Of a stretch of 64,000 nt of DNA, positions 56,816 to 64,000 are shown one piece after another. The stretch is from positions 32,001 through 96,000 of the forward strand of contig JAZDOG010000020.1 in assembly GCA_043798915.1 (NCBI GenBank), written 5' to 3'. A program made the translations under genes and the position numbers. Origin of the DNA: Pseudomonadota bacterium (GTDB lineage: Bacteria > UBA10199 > 2-02-FULL-44-16 > JAAZCA01). Below the pieces are notes generated by a model. That model was given only the letters and a program-made list of their open reading frames with translations, did not search any database and had not been told where the DNA came from. How positions within the stretch are numbered: position 1 is the first letter of the stretch; each line of letters opens with the position of its first letter.

Positions 56816-56857
56816 ATTATTATTTTGAGACAGTTCCTATTGTATAGGAGATTCACA

Positions 56858-57877
56858 ATGAGTTTAACTAAATTGAATTGCGAAAAGTTTACTGCTTTTG
56901 AAAAGCTCACGCTGGACTTCTCGCCCGGCATCAATGTCTTTGTTGGCGCAAACGGAACCGGCAAGACGCATTTGATGAAGATTGCGTATGCCGCTTGCGA
57001 CATCACAAAGACAAAGATAGATTTTGCCGAGAAACTCTCTCGTGTATTCTTGCCTTCAGGTCGGGCGCTCGGGCGGTTGGTAAAGCGGCACAAGGCGAGT
57101 TCGCGTGGAATGGTGGAAATTCATCGTGTCGACTCCAAATTGCGGGTTTCGTTTTCAAATCATGCCGAAAAGGCCGATTCGGCGACAGTGACCGGTAAAA
57201 CGGAATGGATGTCGAGACCGATGGAAAGCGTTTACATTCCCGTCAAAGAGATGTTGTCCAATGCTCCGGGATTTCGTTCGCTCTACAACCAGCGCGAGAT
57301 TCATTTTGAAGAGATATACGCGGACATTCTCGACCGTGCGGACCGCCCTCCCTTGCGCGGGCCGGTGGACAGGGCCAGAAAAGATCTTCTCTCCAAGTTG
57401 CAGAAGGAAATTGATGGGAAAGTTGTGGTCAAGGAGGAGGAGTTCTTCCTGAACAACAGGCAAGGTAATCTGGAGTTCACCCTGCTGGCGGAAGGAATGC
57501 GGAAACTCGGTTTGCTCTGGCTTCTCATTCAGAACGGAACCTTGCTGGACGGCTCGGTGCTGTTTTGGGACGAACCGGAAACAAACCTCAATCCCAAGAT
57601 GTTTGGCGTGCTTATGGAAATTATCCTACAATTGCAGCGGTCGGGCATACAGGTGTTCATGGCAACCCATGATTATGTAATTCTCAAGGAACTTGACCTT
57701 AGGAAAAAGGAAGCGGACAAGATTGTTTATCACTCCTTGTATGGCGATGACACCGGACAGATTAAGTGTCAAACGGCCACCCGATACCTTGATATTCATC
57801 CGAACGCTATCGCGCAGACCTTCGCTGATCTTTACGACCGGGAAGTGAAACGGACGATGGGAGGGAGTGCGCAATGA
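56858..57877 (+). CDS. ABC-superfamily ATPase (AAA_21/AAA_15-like), putative defence component
   Basis: AGGAG SD; Walker A 'GANGTGKT', signature-like 'LAEGMRK', Walker B/D-loop 'LFWDEPETNLNP', H-loop 'ATHD'. Confidence 0.9.
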   Translation: MSLTKLNCEKFTAFEKLTLDFSPGINVFVGANGTGKTHLMKIAYAACDITKTKIDFAEKLSRVFLPSGRALGRLVKRHKASSRGMVEIHRVDSKLRVSFSNHAEKADSATVTGKTEWMSRPMESVYIPVKEMLSNAPGFRSLYNQREIHFEEIYADILDRADRPPLRGPVDRARKDLLSKLQKEIDGKVVVKEEEFFLNNRQGNLEFTLLAEGMRKLGLLWLLIQNGTLLDGSVLFWDEPETNLNPKMFGVLMEIILQLQRSGIQVFMATHDYVILKELDLRKKEADKIVYHSLYGDDTGQIKCQTATRYLDIHPNAIAQTFADLYDREVKRTMGGSAQ

Positions 57878-58383
57878 CCACGACGATCACCGAAGGCGAT
57901 CTCCAAATACTGTTTCCAACCGGGGTCAGCGCTCGGAAGTTCGACGATGACCATCACGGCCTTGCCCATTGCATGAAGGCGGTAGACTTCATTGTGGAGC
58001 TCAATGACCGTTATCTTTTCATTGAGTTTAAAGACCCACAGCACCCGAACGGTCGGCAAAAGGATCGGGACAAGTTCATCCAGGAGTTTCTCGCAGGAAA
58101 AATCGACGAAGATTTCAAATACAAGTACCGTGATTCATTCCTTTACGAATGGGCTTTGGAGCGGGCCAACAAGCCCATTTACTACTATGTTTTGGTGGCC
58201 ATGGACACGTTGACCGACGCCGACTTGATGGCTCGCACAGACGACCTGAAACGAAAGCTGCCGCTCGAAGGCCCACCGTCAGGCGCATGGAAACGAAGAG
58301 TCGTGGCTGGTTGTGCCGTCTTCAATATGGCCACATGGAACAAGCATTTGTCGTCGTATCCGGTCTCACGAATGTCGCTTTGA
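57874..58383 (+). CDS. Putative PD-(D/E)xK nuclease-fold protein
   Basis: 'KAVDFIVE...LFIEFKD'; ATGA-coupled to the ATPase gene. Confidence 0.7.
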   Translation: MTTTITEGDLQILFPTGVSARKFDDDHHGLAHCMKAVDFIVELNDRYLFIEFKDPQHPNGRQKDRDKFIQEFLAGKIDEDFKYKYRDSFLYEWALERANKPIYYYVLVAMDTLTDADLMARTDDLKRKLPLEGPPSGAWKRRVVAGCAVFNMATWNKHLSSYPVSRMSL

Positions 58384-58466
58384 GTGAGTAACCCTGAACA
58401 TCGGGACCGATGTGGATGCAAATTCGCAAATTCGGGAAAATTCGGGGGACACGACACCTATAGAAA

Positions 58467-58618
58467 TTCGCAAAAGTAACGGATAGGGGGCGTCGAGCGG
58501 CCTCTTGAGGCGCCGAAATCAGAAGCCGTAAAGGCTCGGCGCCGAAAGGGCAGGCGGTGAGCTGGCGTCTGAGGCGAGCCGCCGAAGCGAGATGCCCCTT
58601 GTCCGTTACTTTTGCGAA
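58467..58618 (+). repeat. 152-bp MITE-like / structured-RNA element
   Basis: 28-bp terminal inverted repeat (25 Watson-Crick pairs + 3 G.U on the + strand) enclosing smaller hairpins. Confidence 0.78.
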
Positions 58619-58647
58619 GCTCAATAACTCCCTCCCCAATTATCTCC

Positions 58648-59196
58648 TTATGCCTTCTTGACTATCTTAAAGGACCTCTCCTCGAGGACTTCGCCGCTGG
58701 TCGTGATGATCTTCACACGAAGGTCGGAGTGATTCGCATCGATCACCGCGAACGTCGGCGGCATTCCCCTGTCCTCCTCCGCCTTGAGGTGCCCCGGGTT
58801 CACGATGATCAGGCCGTCGGCCGCCTCCTCGACCCGGCAGCGATGGGTGTGGCCGTGGAGGAGGACGTCCGCGCCGTAGCGGCTGTGCGCTAAGCCGGGG
58901 TCCGGGTCACCCCGGCTGTCATGCGGATCGCGGCTCGGCGTGTGGCTTATGAAAAAAGTGATGCCGCCGAAATCCTCTATGCGGCGGTGCGCGATCGCAG
59001 GCACCTTCCATGCAACCTCGAAGAGGCCGGGCACCGCCACCAGGGTGCGGCCGTGCGCATTCAGCTGCATCGTATCGGCATAGTCATCGCCCAGATGGAC
59101 AATCGCCTCCACGCCATGCTCGCCCACCATGGCATCCGCAACCCGCTGCATTGCATCCAGCCTTCCGTGCGTGTCGCTCATCACACCGATGCGCAT
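58648..59196 (-). CDS. Metallophosphoesterase (YfcE/MJ0936 family)
   Basis: 'MSDTHG', 'HLGD', 'HGHTH', 'VNPG'. Confidence 0.9.
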   Translation of the reverse strand: MRIGVMSDTHGRLDAMQRVADAMVGEHGVEAIVHLGDDYADTMQLNAHGRTLVAVPGLFEVAWKVPAIAHRRIEDFGGITFFISHTPSRDPHDSRGDPDPGLAHSRYGADVLLHGHTHRCRVEEAADGLIIVNPGHLKAEEDRGMPPTFAVIDANHSDLRVKIITTSGEVLEERSFKIVKKA

Positions 59197-59243
59197 AGAT
59201 GCCTCCTTGGGAAATAAACGGCTTCAAGCCAATACGCATGGCG

Positions 59244-59846
59244 TCATGCGGTTTGACGCGGTGCGCAGGGGGCAAAGACCAGGAGACAGCGCTCCTCGCC
59301 CCCTCGGAGCCGATAGGGGTGAGTGCCATCCAGGGCTATTGTGTTTGTAGCGATTCTTGGAGCGGCGGCCTCGAGCTCCTCGTGCCATTGTTTTCCCTTC
59401 ATCGCGATGCATCGCCCTCCGTCGGCGATGTAGGGCAGCGCGATCTTCAGAAATTTGGCGAGATCCCATGTCGCCCGGGAGACGACGAGGTCGAAGCGGC
59501 CGAGCGCGGCGACAACGGACTTGTCTTCCGCGCGTCCCCTGACGGCGCGGATGCCTGTAAGGCCGAGCCTCCTGATCGCCTCGTCGCAGAACGACACCTT
59601 CTTGCGGGTGGAGTCCAGAAGGGTCACTTCGATGTCCGGCCTTGCGATCTTCAAGATGATGCCGGGTATCCCCGCGCCGGTTCCGATGTCCAGGAGCGTT
59701 TTCGCGGCGCCCAGATGGGGGAGGATGGGCAAGGCATCTTCCAGGTGCTTGTCGCGGAAGGCCTCCCAGCCCTCGATCGCCGTCAGGTTGATCTTGCGGT
59801 TCCACTGTTCGAGGATCTCAAAATATTGGCGGATGAGATCTTTCAT
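59244..59846 (-). CDS. rsmG: 16S rRNA m7G527 methyltransferase
   Basis: 'WNRKINLTA', 'KHLED', 'LDIGTGAGIPGI', 'RAED', 'VSRA', 'MKG'. Confidence 0.95.
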   Translation of the reverse strand: MKDLIRQYFEILEQWNRKINLTAIEGWEAFRDKHLEDALPILPHLGAAKTLLDIGTGAGIPGIILKIARPDIEVTLLDSTRKKVSFCDEAIRRLGLTGIRAVRGRAEDKSVVAALGRFDLVVSRATWDLAKFLKIALPYIADGGRCIAMKGKQWHEELEAAAPRIATNTIALDGTHPYRLRGGEERCLLVFAPCAPRQTA

Positions 59847-59848
59847 CG

Positions 59849-60694
59849 TCAGAGGGTAAACGAGAGGCCTTCCTTTGCGAGCTCCACAGCGAGCGCCGGC
59901 TGCGATCTGCGCGCGATGGCGCGGGCCTTCTTCAATACGCGACCCAGATGCCGGTCGTCATCGCCGGGATCGAAATGGAAAAGGAAGAGCTTCTTCACGC
60001 CGGCCTCTTTTGCGAGCTCGATCGGATAGGTGAACGGGCTGTGCCCCCAGCCGCGGTGGCAGGGATAGGTTTCCGGGCTGTATTGCGCATCGTGGATGAG
60101 GATGTCCGCGCCGTCGATCCATTCGATGGTGCGGCGAAGCTCCGGGCCCTTCACCGGCTCGTTGTCGGTGACGTACACGAGCGATCTGCCGTCCTTGAAG
60201 GAGAATCGCCATCCGAAAGAGCCTCCCGGGTGATTGAGGGCCTTCGCATTCACTTCCACGTCGCCGATCCTGAAGCACCCCTCTGGGAGGGTCCTGAATT
60301 TGAGCCCGGCGGGAATCATTGAGAACGGGACCGGAAAGAACGGTGGGTTCACCACCCGCGACAGGGCGGCGCCGAATCCGAGCCGCCCGCCCTTGGGGCC
60401 GGCGATGGTGAAGCGGTTTTTTTTGCTGTAGAGCGGCTTGAAGAACGGCAGGCCGATGTAGTGGTCCCAGTGGAGGTGCGACAGGAGCAGGTGCGCAGCT
60501 ATCGGTTTTTCACCGAAGCGCCGCGCGAGCGAAAGACCCAGGGGCCTGATCCCCGTGCCCGCATCGCAGATGATCAGCGCCTTGCCCGTTTTGATCTCCA
60601 GGCAGGCCGTGTTGCCGCCGACCCTGGCGGTAGAGCGGCCCGGAGTCGCTATAGAGCCGCGCACGCCCCAGAATGTGATCTTCGCGCATGCCAT
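59849..60694 (-). CDS. MBL-fold metallo-hydrolase
   Basis: 'FWGVRGSI', 'GGNTAC', 'SHLHWDHYIG', 'HDAQY', 'GWGHS', 'FHFDP'. Confidence 0.92.
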   Translation of the reverse strand: MACAKITFWGVRGSIATPGRSTARVGGNTACLEIKTGKALIICDAGTGIRPLGLSLARRFGEKPIAAHLLLSHLHWDHYIGLPFFKPLYSKKNRFTIAGPKGGRLGFGAALSRVVNPPFFPVPFSMIPAGLKFRTLPEGCFRIGDVEVNAKALNHPGGSFGWRFSFKDGRSLVYVTDNEPVKGPELRRTIEWIDGADILIHDAQYSPETYPCHRGWGHSPFTYPIELAKEAGVKKLFLFHFDPGDDDRHLGRVLKKARAIARRSQPALAVELAKEGLSFTL

Positions 60695-60781
60695 GATGCC
60701 TGAAAATACCACAATCGAGAGTGTAGTAAAATGCTAATTCCGTATCGACATCGCGTCCCGGTATCATTATATTGCATGCCC

Positions 60782-62284
60782 ATGGAAACTTTGAACGACA
60801 TCTTCAGTTCGCTGGCAGGGCAGGGACCAACCTTGGCCGCTACTGCGGCGCTTTTGATCTACAAGTTTGCGGCCTCAAAGATCAAACGCCTGCCGATGCT
60901 GCCCGTGGGCCTTTTTATCCTCTACTGTGCGCTGGGCATCTTCCTTTCGGTCATGCCTGCGGATGCGGATGAAAAGGTGAGGCGTGCCATGGTCGTGGCC
61001 GTGACGGCGACGTTTGCCTGTGCGGTCGTGAGGCTCCTGTTCTTCATCTTCGCCGAATCGGTGTACAAGTGGCGGCGGCATGATGCGATCCCCAAGATCA
61101 CGCGCGACCTGTTTCTCACCGTCTCCTACGCCATCATCGTCATCGTGGTCCTCAGCACGCGCGGAGGGGTCAATCTCGTGGGCCTCATCACAACGTCTGC
61201 GGTCCTCACCGCTGTCATCGGCTTGGCTGCGCAAAACGCCCTCGGCAACCTCTTCGCGAGCCTTTCGATACAGCTCGAAAAACCCTTTCGGATCGGCGAC
61301 TGGATCCAGTACAAGGAATTCATCGGGAAGGTGACCGGTGTCGGCTGGGAGGCGACGAGGCTCTCCACATTCGAGGACGAGACGGTCATCATTCCCAACC
61401 TCGATATCTCGAAGTCTGTGATCAGGAACTATTCCATCCCCACGACGCGCCATGCGATGAAGATAGAGGTCGGCGTCGAATACGGCGCGCGGCCGAACCT
61501 CGTGCGCGAGATTCTCCTCGGGGTGTGCGGCCAGGAACCGGCTGTCCTGAAGGTCCCATCTCCTGTCGTTCGCATAGCGAACTACGGCGACTTTGCGATC
61601 ACCTACCAGATGAGGTTTTTCTACGAGGACTACGGCAACTCGCCCGACGTCAGGGCAGCTGTGATGAACCGCGTGTGGTACGCCCTTCGCCGACACAACA
61701 TCCGGATTCCGTTCCCTGTCCGCGACATGCAGCTCAAGCATGTCGAGCGCCGCTTCGAGGCGAAGGGACAGGCGGAGCTTCGCGCGTCGGCTGTCTCGAA
61801 GCTGTCGGGCGTTCCGATCCTCAAGCCCCTGGCGCCCGATGCGATGGATTCGATCGCGGGCCACATGGCGATCGAGGAGTACGGCGATGGCGAGGCTATT
61901 GTGAGGCAGGGCGATGCGGGCGATTCCCTTTACATCATTCACCGGGGCGCCTGCGACGTGGAGGTTTCGGCCGCCGCGGGGCCGACCGCAAAAATAGCAA
62001 CGCTTGCGCCGTCGGCATTTTTCGGCGAGATGAGCCTGCTCACCGGCGAGCCGCGCTCCGCAACCGTCCGAGCGAAGGGAGACACGACCGTATTCTCGAT
62101 CGGAAAAGAAATCTTCAGGGATATCCTGGTGGCTCAACCGGAGATCTTCGGGGAGCTTGCTCGCGCGCTCGCCAGCCGCCAGACCGAAACCGCGGAGATC
62201 GTGGGCAGACAGCGCGAGGAACAGGATCGCCATGCATCCAGGCTCCTGGTCCGCATCAAATCTTTCTTCGGCATGGCAACGTGA
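60782..62284 (+). CDS. MscS mechanosensitive channel with C-terminal cyclic-nucleotide-binding domain
   Basis: 'IGLAAQNALGNLFASL', 'PFRIGDWI', 'IIPN'; cNMP domain 'QGDAGDSLYII...FFGEMSLLTGEPRSATV'. Confidence 0.93.
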   Translation: METLNDIFSSLAGQGPTLAATAALLIYKFAASKIKRLPMLPVGLFILYCALGIFLSVMPADADEKVRRAMVVAVTATFACAVVRLLFFIFAESVYKWRRHDAIPKITRDLFLTVSYAIIVIVVLSTRGGVNLVGLITTSAVLTAVIGLAAQNALGNLFASLSIQLEKPFRIGDWIQYKEFIGKVTGVGWEATRLSTFEDETVIIPNLDISKSVIRNYSIPTTRHAMKIEVGVEYGARPNLVREILLGVCGQEPAVLKVPSPVVRIANYGDFAITYQMRFFYEDYGNSPDVRAAVMNRVWYALRRHNIRIPFPVRDMQLKHVERRFEAKGQAELRASAVSKLSGVPILKPLAPDAMDSIAGHMAIEEYGDGEAIVRQGDAGDSLYIIHRGACDVEVSAAAGPTAKIATLAPSAFFGEMSLLTGEPRSATVRAKGDTTVFSIGKEIFRDILVAQPEIFGELARALASRQTETAEIVGRQREEQDRHASRLLVRIKSFFGMAT

Positions 62285-62302
62285 AAGCTCGATTACAAGG
62301 GT

Positions 62303-62370
62303 TGTCATTCCCGCGAAAGCGGGAATCCCCTGAATTCAAGGGACCCCCGATTAAGGCCTCGGGGGTGACA
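62303..62370. repeat. REP-like doublet (dRS3-type ATTCCC-N8-GGGAAT unit)
   Basis: TGTCATTCCCGCGAAAGCGGGAATCC plus an inverted partner ACCCCCGA-N8-TCGGGGGTGACA. Confidence 0.85.
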
Positions 62371-62747
62371 TTCGTTGTCGTGTGTATCTGAACGGTCACT
62401 TTTTTTCTTTTCTCCGAAAAGGGCAGGTTGCTCATGCCCTGATAACCTGCAGGCTCTTATTTTTCTTGATTTTCCCGTCGTCTCCGGCTTCAAATGGCCT
62501 CTTACAAACACTTTGCTGACTTAGACGACAGCTGAACCTTCTGCATCAAGGCTCTGTAGCTTGAGCTGCTCTTTGAAAATATAACAAAAATATTATGCTG
62601 TATTTTCAAGTAGTTATGCCCATTATCGATAGATTACTTTTATTCATCTCCACAACGTTTCAATTTAGAGCCCTTTTTTTATACGAACCTTTATGGCAAA
62701 AAATGCAAAAAACTCCATTATTTCAAGCAATTACAAATAGAAAAAAC

Positions 62748-62822
62748 TTGACGGGGTAAGGTTTTTTCCGTTAAGTTGCCCATAAAGTGGGATGAAGTGG
62801 TAGAAAGTGTCTAAATAGTGAG
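62748..62822 (+). promoter_or_regulatory. dcw promoter with MraZ-binding direct repeats
   Basis: TTGACG-N18-TAAGTT, then 10-bp-period repeats AAAGTGGGAT/GAAGTGGTAG/AAAGTGTCTA just before mraZ. Confidence 0.8.
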
Positions 62823-62830
62823 TTTATAAT

Positions 62831-63271
62831 ATGTTTCGTGGGCGATACCAGCATCAGATCGATACGAAAGGACGGCTTTCCGTCCCATCCCGCTTTCGCG
62901 AGGTTTTGGCCTCAAACTATGACGAGCGGGTGATCGTCACGAACTTCGATCAATGCCTGTGGGCCTATCCGGCGCCCGAGTGGGCGGAACTCGAGAAAAA
63001 AGTGGGCGCCGCGCCGCAGTTCACCGAGGAGATCAAGGCATTCCAGCGGGTCTTCGTATCCGCGGCGGTCGAATGCCCGATCGACAAGCAGGGGCGGATA
63101 CTCGTCCCGCCTTCGCTTCGCGAGTACGCAGGCATTGCACGCGATGTCGTCGTCGTGGGTATGACGCGCAGGTTCGAGATATGGGCGCGGGAGCGTTGGG
63201 ACGTAGTCTTCCAGTCGGCGCAGACCAAGCTCGAAGGGCTGGGAGAACGACTGGCCAGCTTGGGGCTCTGA
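62831..63271 (+). CDS. mraZ: Division/cell wall cluster transcriptional repressor MraZ
   Basis: 'MFRGRYQHQIDTKGRLSVPSRFR', 'IDKQGRILVP', 'FEIW'. Confidence 0.97.
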   Translation: MFRGRYQHQIDTKGRLSVPSRFREVLASNYDERVIVTNFDQCLWAYPAPEWAELEKKVGAAPQFTEEIKAFQRVFVSAAVECPIDKQGRILVPPSLREYAGIARDVVVVGMTRRFEIWARERWDVVFQSAQTKLEGLGERLASLGL

Positions 63272-63273
63272 CA

Positions 63274-63627
63274 ATGTTTGAAGTGAATCACATTCACGGT
63301 ATCTCGGTGGTTGGCCTTCAGGGCGAGCTCTCCCGCCGCAACGTGCACGTGCTCGAGTCGGTTCTGAGCTCCCTCTCAAAATGCGAACAGCGCAACGTTG
63401 TCCTCAATTTCTCGGAGCTTCGCCACCTCGACTACAGCCTCGTCCAGCGGATCGCCGAGAGGATCATCGAATTCCAGTGCGACGGCGGCGACCTCAAGAT
63501 GGCCGCGGCCAGCGGCTACATCAAGGAGATATTCCAGGCCATGGGGCTGGCCGACCCAGTCTACGCGTCGGTCGAGGAGGCGCTCCTCGACTTCGTTGGC
63601 GATATCCCCGACGAGGACCCGCAATGA
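63274..63627 (+). CDS. STAS-domain (anti-anti-sigma-like) protein
   Basis: 'VVGLQGEL', 'VVLNFSELRHLDYS', 'GGDLKM', 'YASVEEAL'; sits between mraZ and rsmH. Confidence 0.82.
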   Translation: MFEVNHIHGISVVGLQGELSRRNVHVLESVLSSLSKCEQRNVVLNFSELRHLDYSLVQRIAERIIEFQCDGGDLKMAAASGYIKEIFQAMGLADPVYASVEEALLDFVGDIPDEDPQ

Positions 63628-64000
63628 TCGAAGCGCAGTGTGGCGCTGCTGCCTTCGAGTTTCATCTGCCGGTGATGGCGAGGGAAGTTGTCTCCCGGCT
63701 GGGTCTTAAAGCTGGCATGCGCGTCGTGGATTCGACGCTCGGCGGCGGCGGCCACGCGGCGGCGATCATCGAAGCGATATCACCGGGCGGAGAGTTCATT
63801 GGCATCGATCGCGATCCAGACGCAATCTCGGCTTCGATGGCGAGGCTTGAGGCGCCAGGTTCACGCATCCGCCTGATCAGGGGGAGGATGGGCGAGATGG
63901 GCACGATATTGAACGACAGCGGTTTCGAGTCGGTCGACGCCATCCTCGCCGATCTGGGCGTTTCGAGTTTTCAGCTGGACACCGCTTCCCGCGGTTTCAG
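63624..64000 (+). CDS. rsmH: 16S rRNA m4C1402 methyltransferase (3'-truncated by window edge; not in ORF track)
   Basis: Translated by hand: MIEAQ...HLPVMAREV...VDSTLGGGGHA...GIDRDPDA...ADLGVSSFQLD...RGF. Confidence 0.96.
   Translation, partial: MIEAQCGAAAFEFHLPVMAREVVSRLGLKAGMRVVDSTLGGGGHAAAIIEAISPGGEFIGIDRDPDAISASMARLEAPGSRIRLIRGRMGEMGTILNDSGFESVDAILADLGVSSFQLDTASRGF

Noticed and set aside
58398..58618. CRISPR array or tRNA
   Set aside because: Repeats are only 7 bp and irregularly spaced, no cas genes, and no cloverleaf or T-loop consensus.
50624..58618. Integron cassette array
   Set aside because: No attC-type RYYYAAC...GTTRRRY sites were recognised after the genes, and no integrase is present.

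Overview
Bacterial chromosomal window of mixed GC content; gene content and repeat types suggest a deltaproteobacterial/Myxococcota-like organism (inference). Bases 1-39,000 form a large, mosaic surface-glycan locus that switches strand eight times. It holds GT4, GT2 and three GT-C (ArnT/PMT-like) glycosyltransferases, six SAM methyltransferases, two radical SAM enzymes, a Wzx flippase, an OafA-type acyltransferase, gmd/manC/wecB and a DegT aminotransferase. An export operon follows (ExeA-like ATPase, HD-GYP, Wza, Wzc, TIM-barrel, VanZ, second ExeA-like ATPase) and runs into a carbamoyltransferase / SGNH / SxtJ-like / SxtK-like module. The SxtK-like gene (38809-38961) is missing from the ORF track. 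It encodes a 50-aa single-TM peptide ending in FIYTLF, the same F-I-Y-x-x-F pattern as the tyrosine acyl-shuttle of DltX and MBOAT tails; this suggests an MBOAT-free transmembrane carbamoyl relay and is the top finding. Bases 39,000-64,000 are mostly housekeeping and signalling genes: LD-carboxypeptidase, csp, trmJ-like, PilZ, DnaJ-PilZ, a receiver/PPDK_N protein, GlcD-like, ACAD, two YcbK peptidases, ilvE, preTA, rsmG, MscS-cNMP, and mraZ-STAS-rsmH at the start of the dcw cluster. Accessory insertions here include an ABC-ATPase + PD-(D/E)xK nuclease pair (candidate anti-phage system), two MITE-like or structured palindromic elements, a REP doublet and a shared promoter-like repeat in front of accessory genes. 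No tRNA, rRNA, CRISPR array, integrase or transposase was recognised. All calls come from motif reading by eye; no searches were run.
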